Below, one piece after another: positions 18,428-27,260 of a DNA stretch of 64,000 nucleotides. Within the stretch, counting starts at the first letter, position 1; each line of letters starts with the position of its first letter. Position numbers and translations under genes: made by a program. A model generated the notes under the pieces. That model was given only the letters and a program-made list of their open reading frames with translations. It had not been told where the DNA came from and did no database searches. Source of the DNA: Eubacteriales bacterium (GTDB taxonomy: Bacteria > Bacillota > Clostridia > Oscillospirales > QAKW01); the NCBI GenBank assembly GCA_045660845.1, contig JAZREO010000149.1:7416-71415 (forward strand). The letters run 5' to 3'.

Positions 18428-19612
18428 TTATAAGAACTTGAAATTATAATCAAAGAATGAAAGCGGATTTTTGTACTCCCCGTTTTCATAGATCTCAAAA
18501 TGAAGGTGCGGACCGGTGGAGTACCCGGTGGAGCCCACATAAGCGATGACATCGCCGCGGGTGACCTTCTGCCCCTTCTTCACATTCAGGCTACTGGCGT
18601 GTCCATACAGCGTGCTACATCCGCCGCCATGATCAATGACAACGTAATTACCATAGGCGGTATGCCAGCCAGCTTTCAAAACCGTACCGCTATTGGCGGC
18701 AAGGATCGGCTTTCTATTAATGCCACTACCGGCAATATCTACGCCGGTATGCATTTTATAAACGCCAGTCGTCGGGTGAGTACGCATTCCAAAAGTATCG
18801 GTAATGGAATAGTAGCCGCTTACCGGCCATAAATAAGCACCGCCTACAAAGGTTTCATTGGAACTATTGGCAAGGGCGGCGCGGATCTCTGCCTGCAGTT
18901 CTGCCTCCGCAGCCTCTGCTTCCTCAATTGCTTTTAAGTTGGCAGCAGATTTTTCGTTAAAGGATTCGATCAGAGAATCGCTTTGAGACTGCTTTTTCTC
19001 CAGCGAAGCAACGTTGCTTTCCAAAGAATTCAACGCATCTTCCTGAGCATTCTTTTTTTCTTCGATCGCCTTTGTTTCACGCTCGATGGTCTCTTTGGTT
19101 TCTCTCAAAGCATCGATGACCATTTGGTCATAGGCTGCCATTTGCTTGACAAGCTCCACCCGGGTAATAAAATCATGAAGAGACTCCGAACTCAGGATGA
19201 TGCTCAAATAAGAGGTATCACCCAGTTCATACATAGCGCGGATCCGCTGCTTAGCGTGCTCGATATTCTCGTCCAAAGACGCCTCCGCTTCCTCCAGCTT
19301 ATCCTGACTTTCATCCAATTCATCAGAAAGACCATCAACGATATCATTCAAAAGATCTGCTTCTGCATTTAACTCATTGATCTGCTGATCCACAAGAGAC
19401 TTCTGCTCCAGAACTGCATCCTTTTTATTCGCAATCGAAGCCAACTCTTTTTCTAATTTCTCTTTTTTGGCAATGATGTCGTCCAGCTCATTCTGCATAT
19501 CAGAAACGCTGGAGTCACCATAAGTCTTGATGCTGAAAACAATGGTCGTCAGCATTCCAAGCACCAGCAAAACCACAATTGCCAGCGCAACGACAGATCG
19601 CCATTTTCTCAT
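18428..19612 (-). CDS. M23 peptidase with N-terminal coiled coil (EnvC-like)
   Basis: 394 aa with a long coiled coil followed by the M23 motifs HTGVDI and GSTGYSTGPHLHFE. It lies immediately downstream of ftsEX. Confidence 0.9.
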   Translation of the reverse strand: MRKWRSVVALAIVVLLVLGMLTTIVFSIKTYGDSSVSDMQNELDDIIAKKEKLEKELASIANKKDAVLEQKSLVDQQINELNAEADLLNDIVDGLSDELDESQDKLEEAEASLDENIEHAKQRIRAMYELGDTSYLSIILSSESLHDFITRVELVKQMAAYDQMVIDALRETKETIERETKAIEEKKNAQEDALNSLESNVASLEKKQSQSDSLIESFNEKSAANLKAIEEAEAAEAELQAEIRAALANSSNETFVGGAYLWPVSGYYSITDTFGMRTHPTTGVYKMHTGVDIAGSGINRKPILAANSGTVLKAGWHTAYGNYVVIDHGGGCSTLYGHASSLNVKKGQKVTRGDVIAYVGSTGYSTGPHLHFEIYENGEYKNPLSFFDYNFKFL

Positions 19613-19621
19613 AAATTCACC

Positions 19622-20500
19622 TTATACCTTTAAATACTTGTTGATGGAGAATGCGCTTCCCACTAAGCCGACCAACAGACCGATACCGCCGAAATAAATC
19701 ATGATCATCGAACTGAGAGAGGCAAACGGAACCGTTGAAATAAAGCTGAGATCCGCCACCAGGGGCTGCAACAAATAGACATAAATAATCCATTGAACCG
19801 CAAATGATACGACTGCGGCACAAAGACCGATAATAATACCTTCCAAAATAAAGGGCGTGCGGATAAACGCATTGGTAGCGCCCACATATTTCATAATATT
19901 GATCTCATGGCGACGGTTATGCATCGCCAGCTTGATGGTGTTAGATACAATAAACCAAGAAACGAGCGCCAGGATCACCATGATCCAGAAACTCAGAATA
20001 TCCATCACTTTTTTCAAAGAGATCAGCACATTGACCACTTCCTGAGAATCGGAAATATTTGCAATTTCCTCCATGGCAGCGATCTTAGCGGAAACACTCT
20101 CAAATTCAGCCAAATTCCTTTCGTTGACTGTAATTCGGAACTCATTACGCAAAGGATTTTCATCCCCATAAAACCAAGAAAGATAGCTGCTGTCCTCCCC
20201 GAACTGCTGCTGATACTCCGCCAATGCCTCATCCTTGGTGAAATACTCTACTGTATCCACATATTCAAGGGCCTCGATCTCCTCCTGCAGAGATGCCAGT
20301 CTGCTTTCCTCCACAGCATCGTCCACATATGCCACGATCTCATTTTTCTCACCAAGAGAGTCCATAAACGCAGCAATATTGGCAGAGCAAAGATAGGCAG
20401 AACCGATGATCAGCATGCATGCCATTAAAACAAAGACGGAAGCAAAGGTCATCAGATAGTTTTTTCGAATACTTTTAAAAGCAGATTGCAGAAAATACAT
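19622..20500 (-). CDS. ftsX: cell division permease-like protein FtsX
   Basis: 292 aa with FtsX topology: a TM helix, an extracellular domain and 3 further TM helices. Confidence 0.9.
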   Translation of the reverse strand: MYFLQSAFKSIRKNYLMTFASVFVLMACMLIIGSAYLCSANIAAFMDSLGEKNEIVAYVDDAVEESRLASLQEEIEALEYVDTVEYFTKDEALAEYQQQFGEDSSYLSWFYGDENPLRNEFRITVNERNLAEFESVSAKIAAMEEIANISDSQEVVNVLISLKKVMDILSFWIMVILALVSWFIVSNTIKLAMHNRRHEINIMKYVGATNAFIRTPFILEGIIIGLCAAVVSFAVQWIIYVYLLQPLVADLSFISTVPFASLSSMIMIYFGGIGLLVGLVGSAFSINKYLKV

Positions 20501-20512
20501 AGTCCACCCCCC

Positions 20513-21199
20513 TTATTCTTCGTCCGTATAGTAGCCGCCCACCTGATCGCTGGTAACGCAGCCCTTTTCGATGTGAATAACACGCTTGTTAAATTCATTG
20601 ACGAGGGTGTTATCGTGGGTTACAACGATGACCGTCGTACCGTTCTGATTGATCTGGTTCAAAAGTTCCATGATCTCACGCGCCATTTCCGGATCCACAT
20701 TACCGGTAGGCTCGTCTGCTATGATCAAACGAGGATTATTGACCAGAGCGCGTGCCATCGCCACCCGCTGCTGTTCCCCGCCTGAAAGCTCGGGCGGGTA
20801 GTTTTTCGCCTTATGACCCAGCCCAACGACCCCTAAAACATAGGGGACACGACGCCGGATGGTACGGGGCGAACAACCCACAGCACGCATCGCAAACGCA
20901 ACATTGTCATAAACCGTAAGGGTATCGATCAGACGGAAGTCCTGGAAAACCACGCCCATGCTGCGGCGCAGCATAGGAACCTTAGAATTTCGCATCTTTT
21001 TAATATCATAGTCCCCTACCCGGACAGTACCACCCGTTGGCACCTCTTCATGCATCAGCAGCTTAATAACAGTACTCTTACCGGCGCCGCTGGGACCAAT
21101 GACAAAGACAAATTCTCCGTCCTCGATTTTAAAGGACACTCCATTCAGCGCATTAGTGCCGTTGGGATAGCTTTTATAAACATCATCAAATAAGATCAT
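20513..21199 (-). CDS. ftsE: cell division ATP-binding protein FtsE
   Basis: 228 aa with Walker [10 protein letters not shown], signature LSGGEQQR and Walker B LIIADEPT. Confidence 0.95.
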   Translation of the reverse strand: MILFDDVYKSYPNGTNALNGVSFKIEDGEFVFVIGPSGAGKSTVIKLLMHEEVPTGGTVRVGDYDIKKMRNSKVPMLRRSMGVVFQDFRLIDTLTVYDNVAFAMRAVGCSPRTIRRRVPYVLGVVGLGHKAKNYPPELSGGEQQRVAMARALVNNPRLIIADEPTGNVDPEMAREIMELLNQINQNGTTVIVVTHDNTLVNEFNKRVIHIEKGCVTSDQVGGYYTDEE

Positions 21200-21211
21200 G
21201 ATAACTCCTAA

Positions 21212-22297
21212 TTAAAATTTAGTAGGATTGGCAGTCAGATACCGCTTGACCATCAGCGCCACCTTAAAGACAATAGCGTGGTCAAAGCGTCTAAGATCCA
21301 AGCCGGTCAGCTTACGGATCTTCTCCAGTCGATATACCAACGTGTTTCTATGAACAAACAGTTTTCTGGAGGTTTCAGAGACATTCAGATTGTTCTCAAA
21401 GAACTTCTGAATAGTAAAGAGCGTTTCATAGTCCAAAGACTCAATGGAACCCTTCTTAAAGACTTCCGAAAGAAACATTTCGCAAAGGGTGGTAGGCAAC
21501 TGATAGATCAAACGACCGATACCCAAGTTATCATAGGTCATGATAAACTTCTCGGTGTCAAACACCTTACCGACCTCCAGGGCAATCTGCGCCTCATTGA
21601 AGGAACGGGGCAGGTCACGAATATTATCCACAATCGTACCGATACCAACATATGCCTTGATATAAAGCTCGCTGCTTACGATATCAATAATGCTCTTTGC
21701 CAGCTTCTCCAAGTCCTTATTATCATTGGAACTCTTAACTTCCTTCACCAGGACCAGATCGGTCTCATTAATATTGATGATAAAATCCTTCTGGCGATCC
21801 GGGAAAAGTCCCTGAAGAATATCATAAGCGGAAACATCGCTCTTATCGGAAAGACGGATCAAAATGGCAACACGGAATGCTTCCACCTCAAAACGCAGTT
21901 CTTTCGCTTTAATAAAGATGTCGCCAGGCAGAATGTTATCCAGAATGACATTTTTAATAAAATTATTCTTATCAAATTTCTCATCATAATACTGCTTGAT
22001 ATTCGTCAGCGTAATGGTGATCAAATTGATATATTTGATTGCAAGCTCATCGGTTCCTTCAACGAAAGCGACATATTCCAGACCGGAACGGGAATTCAGT
22101 GGCTTATAAGTATAACCGTCCTCTATAATGCTCTCCATGGTAGCGGAGATGGACGAAATAACATTTTCATGCACCTCACCGATCTTGATCAGGTCGCTGC
22201 AGGAAATAACGGTACCGTTCTCGTCGATCACACCAACAGTTCGGTCTATACTATCCTTTAACTGGTATACAACACTCTGAAAAAAACGATTGGACAT
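21212..22297 (-). CDS. PucR/CdaR-family transcriptional regulator
   Basis: 361 aa with a C-terminal PucR-type HTH (NVSETSRKLFVHRNTLVYRLEKIRKLTG). RBS is AGGAGG. Confidence 0.75.
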   Translation of the reverse strand: MSNRFFQSVVYQLKDSIDRTVGVIDENGTVISCSDLIKIGEVHENVISSISATMESIIEDGYTYKPLNSRSGLEYVAFVEGTDELAIKYINLITITLTNIKQYYDEKFDKNNFIKNVILDNILPGDIFIKAKELRFEVEAFRVAILIRLSDKSDVSAYDILQGLFPDRQKDFIININETDLVLVKEVKSSNDNKDLEKLAKSIIDIVSSELYIKAYVGIGTIVDNIRDLPRSFNEAQIALEVGKVFDTEKFIMTYDNLGIGRLIYQLPTTLCEMFLSEVFKKGSIESLDYETLFTIQKFFENNLNVSETSRKLFVHRNTLVYRLEKIRKLTGLDLRRFDHAIVFKVALMVKRYLTANPTKF

Positions 22298-22341
22298 TTA
22301 CAATGCTCCTCCTATACATTTTGACTATAATGCTGATATAT

Positions 22342-22370
22342 ATTTTACACCATTTCGGCATCGATTTCAA
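22342..22370 (-). promoter_or_regulatory. sigma-A promoter of the PucR-family regulator gene
   Basis: The minus strand reads TTGAAA - 17 nt - TAAAAT with an upstream TG. Confidence 0.45.
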
Positions 22371-22501
22371 CAGTTTTGGCTAAAATAATTTGTTAACATT
22401 GCACAACGAGGTAAAAAAATACCTAAATCCTGGCAATTTACTTGGTAAAAGATGCAATGGTACCAAATTTACCCATTCATAATCTTCGTCATAATGGATA
22501 A

Positions 22502-22530
22502 TAAAAAGCGCCTCGCATAAGCGAGGCGCT
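22502..22530 (-). terminator. terminator of the msmX-like gene
   Basis: gcgcctcgc/ataa/gcgaggcgc followed by TTTTT on the minus strand. Confidence 0.8.
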
Positions 22531-22541
22531 TAATAGATAAC

Positions 22542-23651
22542 TTAGTTGACCAGAGTCCGCTCGGTCTCAGCATCAAACAGATGGCAATAAGACAGATCCA
22601 GAGCAGCCTTGATAACATCATCGGCAGCAGCAGTGGACTTAGGAGATACGCGGGCAGTAAACTTATTCCCTTCAGTCTCCAGATACAGGTAGGTCTCGGA
22701 GCCCATCAGCTCGGCAACTTCGACATTGCAAGTGATGGTATATTCAGGCATCTTCTGCAGATACTCTTCCTCATCATGAACATGCTCGGGACGAATACCA
22801 AGAATAACGGCCTGACCAACCTTCTCCTTCACTTCATCGTTGATTTTGGACTCAGGCAGCTTCAGGGAGTTGCCGGCGAACTCAACATAGTAGCCGCCAT
22901 CCTTCTCGACCAGCTGAACCTTAACAAAGTTCATCTGAGGAGAACCGATAAAGCCCGCAACGAACATATTGCAGGGATACAGATACAGATTCTGAGGAGT
23001 ATCTACCTGCTGGATCAGACCGTCCTTCATTACAACGATGCGGGTAGCCATGGTCATAGCTTCAGTCTGGTCATGAGTAACGTAAATGAAAGTGGTCTTC
23101 AGGTTATGGTGAATCTTGGAAAGCTCGGTTCTCATCTGAGCACGCAGCTTCGCATCCAAGTTAGAAAGAGGCTCATCAAGCAAGAATACCTTAGGCTCAC
23201 GAACGATAGCACGTCCCAAAGCAACACGCTGACGCTGACCGCCGGACAAAGCCTTCGGCTTTCTGTCGAGCAAATGGCTGATGTCCAGGATCTTGGCAGC
23301 CTCTTCTACTCTTCTCTTGATCTCCTCCTTGGGAGTCTTTCTCAGCTTCAGACCGAATGCCATATTATCGAAGCAAGTCATATGGGGATAAAGAGCATAG
23401 TTCTGGAACACCATTGCGATATCTCTATCCTTAGGAGCAACGTCATTCACCAGCTTATCGCCAATGAACAGCTCACCTTCAGTAATCTCCTCCAGACCAG
23501 CGATCATTCTCAAGGTAGTAGACTTACCGCAGCCAGAAGGACCGACGAGTACCAAAAATTCCTTATCTTCGATCTCCAGATTGAAGTCAGAAACAGCAAC
23601 AACCCCGCCGGGATATCTTTTATAAATGCCTTTCAATGACAAACTTGCCAT
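22542..23651 (-). CDS. msmX: carbohydrate ABC transporter ATP-binding protein (MsmX/MalK/UgpC type), monocistronic
   Basis: 369 aa with Walker A GPSGCGKST, signature LSGGQRQR, Walker B FLLDEPLS and a MalK-type C-terminal regulatory domain. There are no adjacent permease or SBP genes. Confidence 0.9.
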   Translation of the reverse strand: MASLSLKGIYKRYPGGVVAVSDFNLEIEDKEFLVLVGPSGCGKSTTLRMIAGLEEITEGELFIGDKLVNDVAPKDRDIAMVFQNYALYPHMTCFDNMAFGLKLRKTPKEEIKRRVEEAAKILDISHLLDRKPKALSGGQRQRVALGRAIVREPKVFLLDEPLSNLDAKLRAQMRTELSKIHHNLKTTFIYVTHDQTEAMTMATRIVVMKDGLIQQVDTPQNLYLYPCNMFVAGFIGSPQMNFVKVQLVEKDGGYYVEFAGNSLKLPESKINDEVKEKVGQAVILGIRPEHVHDEEEYLQKMPEYTITCNVEVAELMGSETYLYLETEGNKFTARVSPKSTAAADDVIKAALDLSYCHLFDAETERTLVN

Positions 23652-23834
23652 GTGTTAAACCTCCTGATAAAGCATTAAATTTACTATTACATACTATACC
23701 ACAACGAGAGTAAAATTGAAATACTTTTTTTTAACAAATTTAGTGTTTACAATTTGTTTATAGTGCACAAAGTTAGTGCGTTTCAATTAATTTTGGCCGT
23801 TTTTTTAGCGGATATGACCAAGTTTCTTTTGGTA

Positions 23835-24533
23835 TTATTCCACAGATTTAAGGGAAATAATCTCTTTTTCTTCCAAATATCTGCATTTCCCTTCCGGCAA
23901 TGCAGGATCAAGCGTCAGCCCATGGATCGACTGCCGATGCAGAGCGACCACCTCGTTTCCCAGCGCAGCAAACATCCGCTTGATCTGATGAAATTTTCCT
24001 TCTGAGATTCGCAGAAGACCATATTTTTCAGCACACCGTTCAAAATATGCCGGCTTGCAGTGAAGCCCATCCTTTAAAACAATTCCCTTTTCCAACTGTT
24101 CAATATCTCGTTCCGTCACCGCATCCCGCAAAGTTACAAGATACTCTTTAAAGACATCCTTTTTGGGCGCTAGCAGGCGGTGCGCTAACTCACCATGGTT
24201 TGTAATCAAAACCAAGCCGGTGGTATCCTTGTCCAGACGTCCGCATACAAACAAGTCTTTCTTATGATACTCAGCCGGCAAGAGGTCAAATACTGTCTTA
24301 CTTCGGCTGTCCCGATTGGCGCAGACATACCCCGCCGGCTTATGCAGCATGATATAGAAATACCGTTGGTATACCACAGACTGCCCATCCAGCAAGACTT
24401 CGGTGCCGTCCGCATGAACACTGCCGCTCTTTGCGATCATTCCGTCTACAGTCACCCGCCTGGCAGAAATGGCTTTTTTAGCTTCACTGCGGGTCATATT
24501 CAAAGTATCACATAAATATTTATCCAGTCTCAT
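23835..24533 (-). CDS. rsuA: RsuA-family pseudouridine synthase
   Basis: 232 aa with an N-terminal S4 domain (MRLDKYL) and the catalytic motif GRLDKDTTGLVL. Confidence 0.85.
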   Translation of the reverse strand: MRLDKYLCDTLNMTRSEAKKAISARRVTVDGMIAKSGSVHADGTEVLLDGQSVVYQRYFYIMLHKPAGYVCANRDSRSKTVFDLLPAEYHKKDLFVCGRLDKDTTGLVLITNHGELAHRLLAPKKDVFKEYLVTLRDAVTERDIEQLEKGIVLKDGLHCKPAYFERCAEKYGLLRISEGKFHQIKRMFAALGNEVVALHRQSIHGLTLDPALPEGKCRYLEEKEIISLKSVE

Positions 24534-24591
24534 AATTCCTTCGGTTATCTCTCCACCCTAAAAGGCTGCGCCGAAACCGGCGCAGCCCCAT

Positions 24592-25056
24592 TCATTCTTT
24601 CACAAATCCGTGTACAAAACCATTCAGTGCAGTAGAGGAGATATCACCGCCAATCGCCTTGCCGTTATAAACCAGGATGTTGGCGACCACCCCCTCCTGC
24701 TGCTCCGGATAATTTGTCACATTATAGGTATACTTTTTTGCTCTGCTGCCCTTATGCTTTGATAAATCAAAACCACTTAATTTCTGGTAATTATTATACG
24801 CCTCATAGTCCGCGTCAAATTCTGACGGAATAATAACCTCTTCGATCAGAGTCGGCTGCGTTTCCACCTCATACCCAAAGGATCGCAGAAAGGTTACCTG
24901 CTGTTCCGTTGTTTTTGCGGTAGTATCCACAGAATGTTTGAGAACATCGGTGGACTCCTTCGGAGAAAACACCGCGATCGCACCAATGGAAAGGCATAGG
25001 GCGGCGCATAAGCCCCAGATCAAATTACGGTTTAGTTTAACAGACCATATAAACAT
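24592..25056 (-). CDS. membrane-anchored hypothetical protein (resembles DUF4830)
   Basis: 154 aa with an N-terminal TM. The pattern FLRSFGYEV ... IIPSEFD ... YNNYQKLSGFDL recalls DUF4830 proteins from memory, but this is unverified. Confidence 0.5.
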   Translation of the reverse strand: MFIWSVKLNRNLIWGLCAALCLSIGAIAVFSPKESTDVLKHSVDTTAKTTEQQVTFLRSFGYEVETQPTLIEEVIIPSEFDADYEAYNNYQKLSGFDLSKHKGSRAKKYTYNVTNYPEQQEGVVANILVYNGKAIGGDISSTALNGFVHGFVKE

Positions 25057-25112
25057 AGAGTATCCCTCTTCCGAAATGAATTACAATAATTTATATGGTC
25101 TGTATAATTAAT

Positions 25113-27164
25113 TTATTCTGCTTTTTCAGCGATTACCTTTTGAGTGATATTGCCGGGAGCCTCGCGGTACTCCAGGAACTCAAAGTTAAAGGTGGCACGG
25201 GCGTGGGTCATACTTCTCAAGTCCATAGCATAAGAGTTCATTTCGCTCATCGGAACGATGGCGGTAACGATCTTATATCCTCTGGTCTCAGATGCATCCA
25301 TGGAGAGGATCTGACCGCGGCGCTTATTGATATCGCCGATAATATCGCCCATCAAGGCATCGGAAACATGAACCGTCAAGGTGCCCACCGGCTCCAAAAG
25401 CACCGGATTAGCAGCCTTCATACCTTCTTTAAATGCGATGGATGCGGCGGTCTTAAATGCCATTTCCGAAGAATCCACCGGATGATAGGAGCCGTCCAGC
25501 AGAGTTGCCTTCAAACCGGTCACAGGATAACCGGCGAGAACGCCCTTGGTAATGGACTCCCTCAGTCCTTTTTCAACGGCGGGGAAATAGTTCTTAGGAA
25601 CAGCTCCGCCGAAAACCGATTCTGCAAACTCGAAATCGCCCTCAAACAGCGGTTCAAATTCGATCCAGACATGACCGTACTGACCGTGGCCGCCGGACTG
25701 CTTTTTATGTTTGCCTTCAACCTTTACCTTCTTGCGGATCGCCTCACGATACGGCACCTTCACTTCACCCAGTTCAACATTAACACCGAACTTGGAAGCC
25801 AGTTTGGAGACAACAACATCCAACTGCAGATCACCAAAGCCGGAAAGAACCATCTGCTTGGTTTCAGGATCCACCTTCATTCTCAGGGTGGGGTCTTCTT
25901 CGATCATTCGGGTAATACCCTGGGCGATCTTTTCCTCGTCACCCTTGGCTTTGGAGATTACAGCCTTACTGTAGTTTGCCTTAGGAAAGTCGATGGGTGG
26001 GATGATAACTGCACAATCCTTATCACAAAGTGCATCAGAAGTGCCGGTCACCGCCAGCTTAGTAAAGACGCCGATATCACCCGCCTGCAACTCATTGACT
26101 TCATTCTGCTTTTTACCAAAAGGTGTGTAAACATGGGCAATCTTTTCGCTCTCCTCGCAGGAGGTATTCAGATAGGATTTATCCTTCTTTACCGTGCCGG
26201 AATAGACCTTGAAGAAAGACATTTTACCCACAAAGGGGTCAGCAACTGTCTTAAAGATCCGCAAAACCATCGGACCTGCGGGGTTACACTCCAGCTGCAT
26301 CTCTTCCCCGTTCTTCAGAACAGTAGCACTGCCCTTACAAAGCGGATTGGGGAAATAATCCACAACTGCTTCCAGCAACTGATAAATGCCGCGAACCTCT
26401 GTTGGTACACCACAAAAGATGGGATAGATCAACCGGAGAGCGACAGCGTTTTTTAAACCTTCCGCCAGCTCTTCTTTGGTAAATTCTTCATCTGCAAAGA
26501 ATTTATTCATTAGAGCATCATCTGTTTCCGCAATCGCTTCCAGCGCGGAATGGTAATATGTATTGACCTTATCCTGCATATTAGCGGGAACAGGTACGAC
26601 CCCCTGACCAAACCGGTAACCCTCGTTGGTGATTACATTGACTGTACCGACAAGCTTACCCTCTTCGATGATGGGCAGGGTAATGGGTAGGATCTGCGTA
26701 CCGCCGAATTTGGCGTGTAACTGCTCAACGATACTATAGAAATCAGAATTTTCATCATCCAGACCGGAAATAAAGAAGGCCCGGGGCATCATCCGCCGCT
26801 CAGTCTTCTGCCAAGCTTTTTCCGTACCAACCGAAACAGTATTTTTAGCAGTCAGTACGATCAAAGCCAGATCCGCCACCTCAAGTGCGGAAGTCTGGTC
26901 ACCCTCATAATCATAGTTTCCGGGAACATCAATCAGGTTGATCTTCGTATTCTTGTATTCAAAGGAGGCCATCGAAAGTGAAATTGAAATTTTGCGTTTG
27001 ATCTCCTCAGCGTCAAAATCCAAAATCGTATTGCCCTGCTCGATCTTTCCCAGCCGATCCGTTACTTTACTAAAATAAAGCATCGACTCAGCCAGGGTGG
27101 TTTTACCATTACCCTTGTGGCCGATCAAACATACGTTGCGAATGTCTTTTGCAGGTGTGCTCAT
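25113..27164 (-). CDS. elongation factor G paralog with non-canonical G motifs
   Basis: 683 aa from ATG 27164 (AAAGGAG 8 nt upstream). The P-loop is GHKGNGKTT and the five-domain EF-G architecture extends to the C-terminus. G3 reads DVPGNYDY (canonical DTPGHVDF) and G4 reads SGLD (canonical NKMD). Confidence 0.8.
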   Translation of the reverse strand: MSTPAKDIRNVCLIGHKGNGKTTLAESMLYFSKVTDRLGKIEQGNTILDFDAEEIKRKISISLSMASFEYKNTKINLIDVPGNYDYEGDQTSALEVADLALIVLTAKNTVSVGTEKAWQKTERRMMPRAFFISGLDDENSDFYSIVEQLHAKFGGTQILPITLPIIEEGKLVGTVNVITNEGYRFGQGVVPVPANMQDKVNTYYHSALEAIAETDDALMNKFFADEEFTKEELAEGLKNAVALRLIYPIFCGVPTEVRGIYQLLEAVVDYFPNPLCKGSATVLKNGEEMQLECNPAGPMVLRIFKTVADPFVGKMSFFKVYSGTVKKDKSYLNTSCEESEKIAHVYTPFGKKQNEVNELQAGDIGVFTKLAVTGTSDALCDKDCAVIIPPIDFPKANYSKAVISKAKGDEEKIAQGITRMIEEDPTLRMKVDPETKQMVLSGFGDLQLDVVVSKLASKFGVNVELGEVKVPYREAIRKKVKVEGKHKKQSGGHGQYGHVWIEFEPLFEGDFEFAESVFGGAVPKNYFPAVEKGLRESITKGVLAGYPVTGLKATLLDGSYHPVDSSEMAFKTAASIAFKEGMKAANPVLLEPVGTLTVHVSDALMGDIIGDINKRRGQILSMDASETRGYKIVTAIVPMSEMNSYAMDLRSMTHARATFNFEFLEYREAPGNITQKVIAEKAE

Positions 27165-27260
27165 GATAAGTTCTCCTTTCACAGTTCCAAATGGACCGCT
27201 TAAAATACTTCATAAGCATATTATACAATATGAACAAACAAATTGCAAGCGTTTAATGAA

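Noticed and set aside
22380-22420. TTGTTAACA palindrome and AATTTGTT words upstream of the PucR-family gene, similar to words near msmX and the ABC leader.
   Set aside because: These are short AT-rich words that are expected by chance in AT-rich intergenic DNA. There is no consistent spacing or extended alignment between sites.
25095-26456. 453-aa ORF on the plus strand. The same class includes 3651-4661, 21278-22261, 22581-23639, 35000-36652, 42186-43739, 53951-54949 and 14760-15548.
   Set aside because: Each lies fully antisense to a gene with clear family motifs (EF-G, transketolase, PucR regulator, MsmX, the 742-aa protein, the SBP, AlaRS, enolase). Their translations are low-complexity and lack RBSs. 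These are typical shadow ORFs, not overprinted genes.
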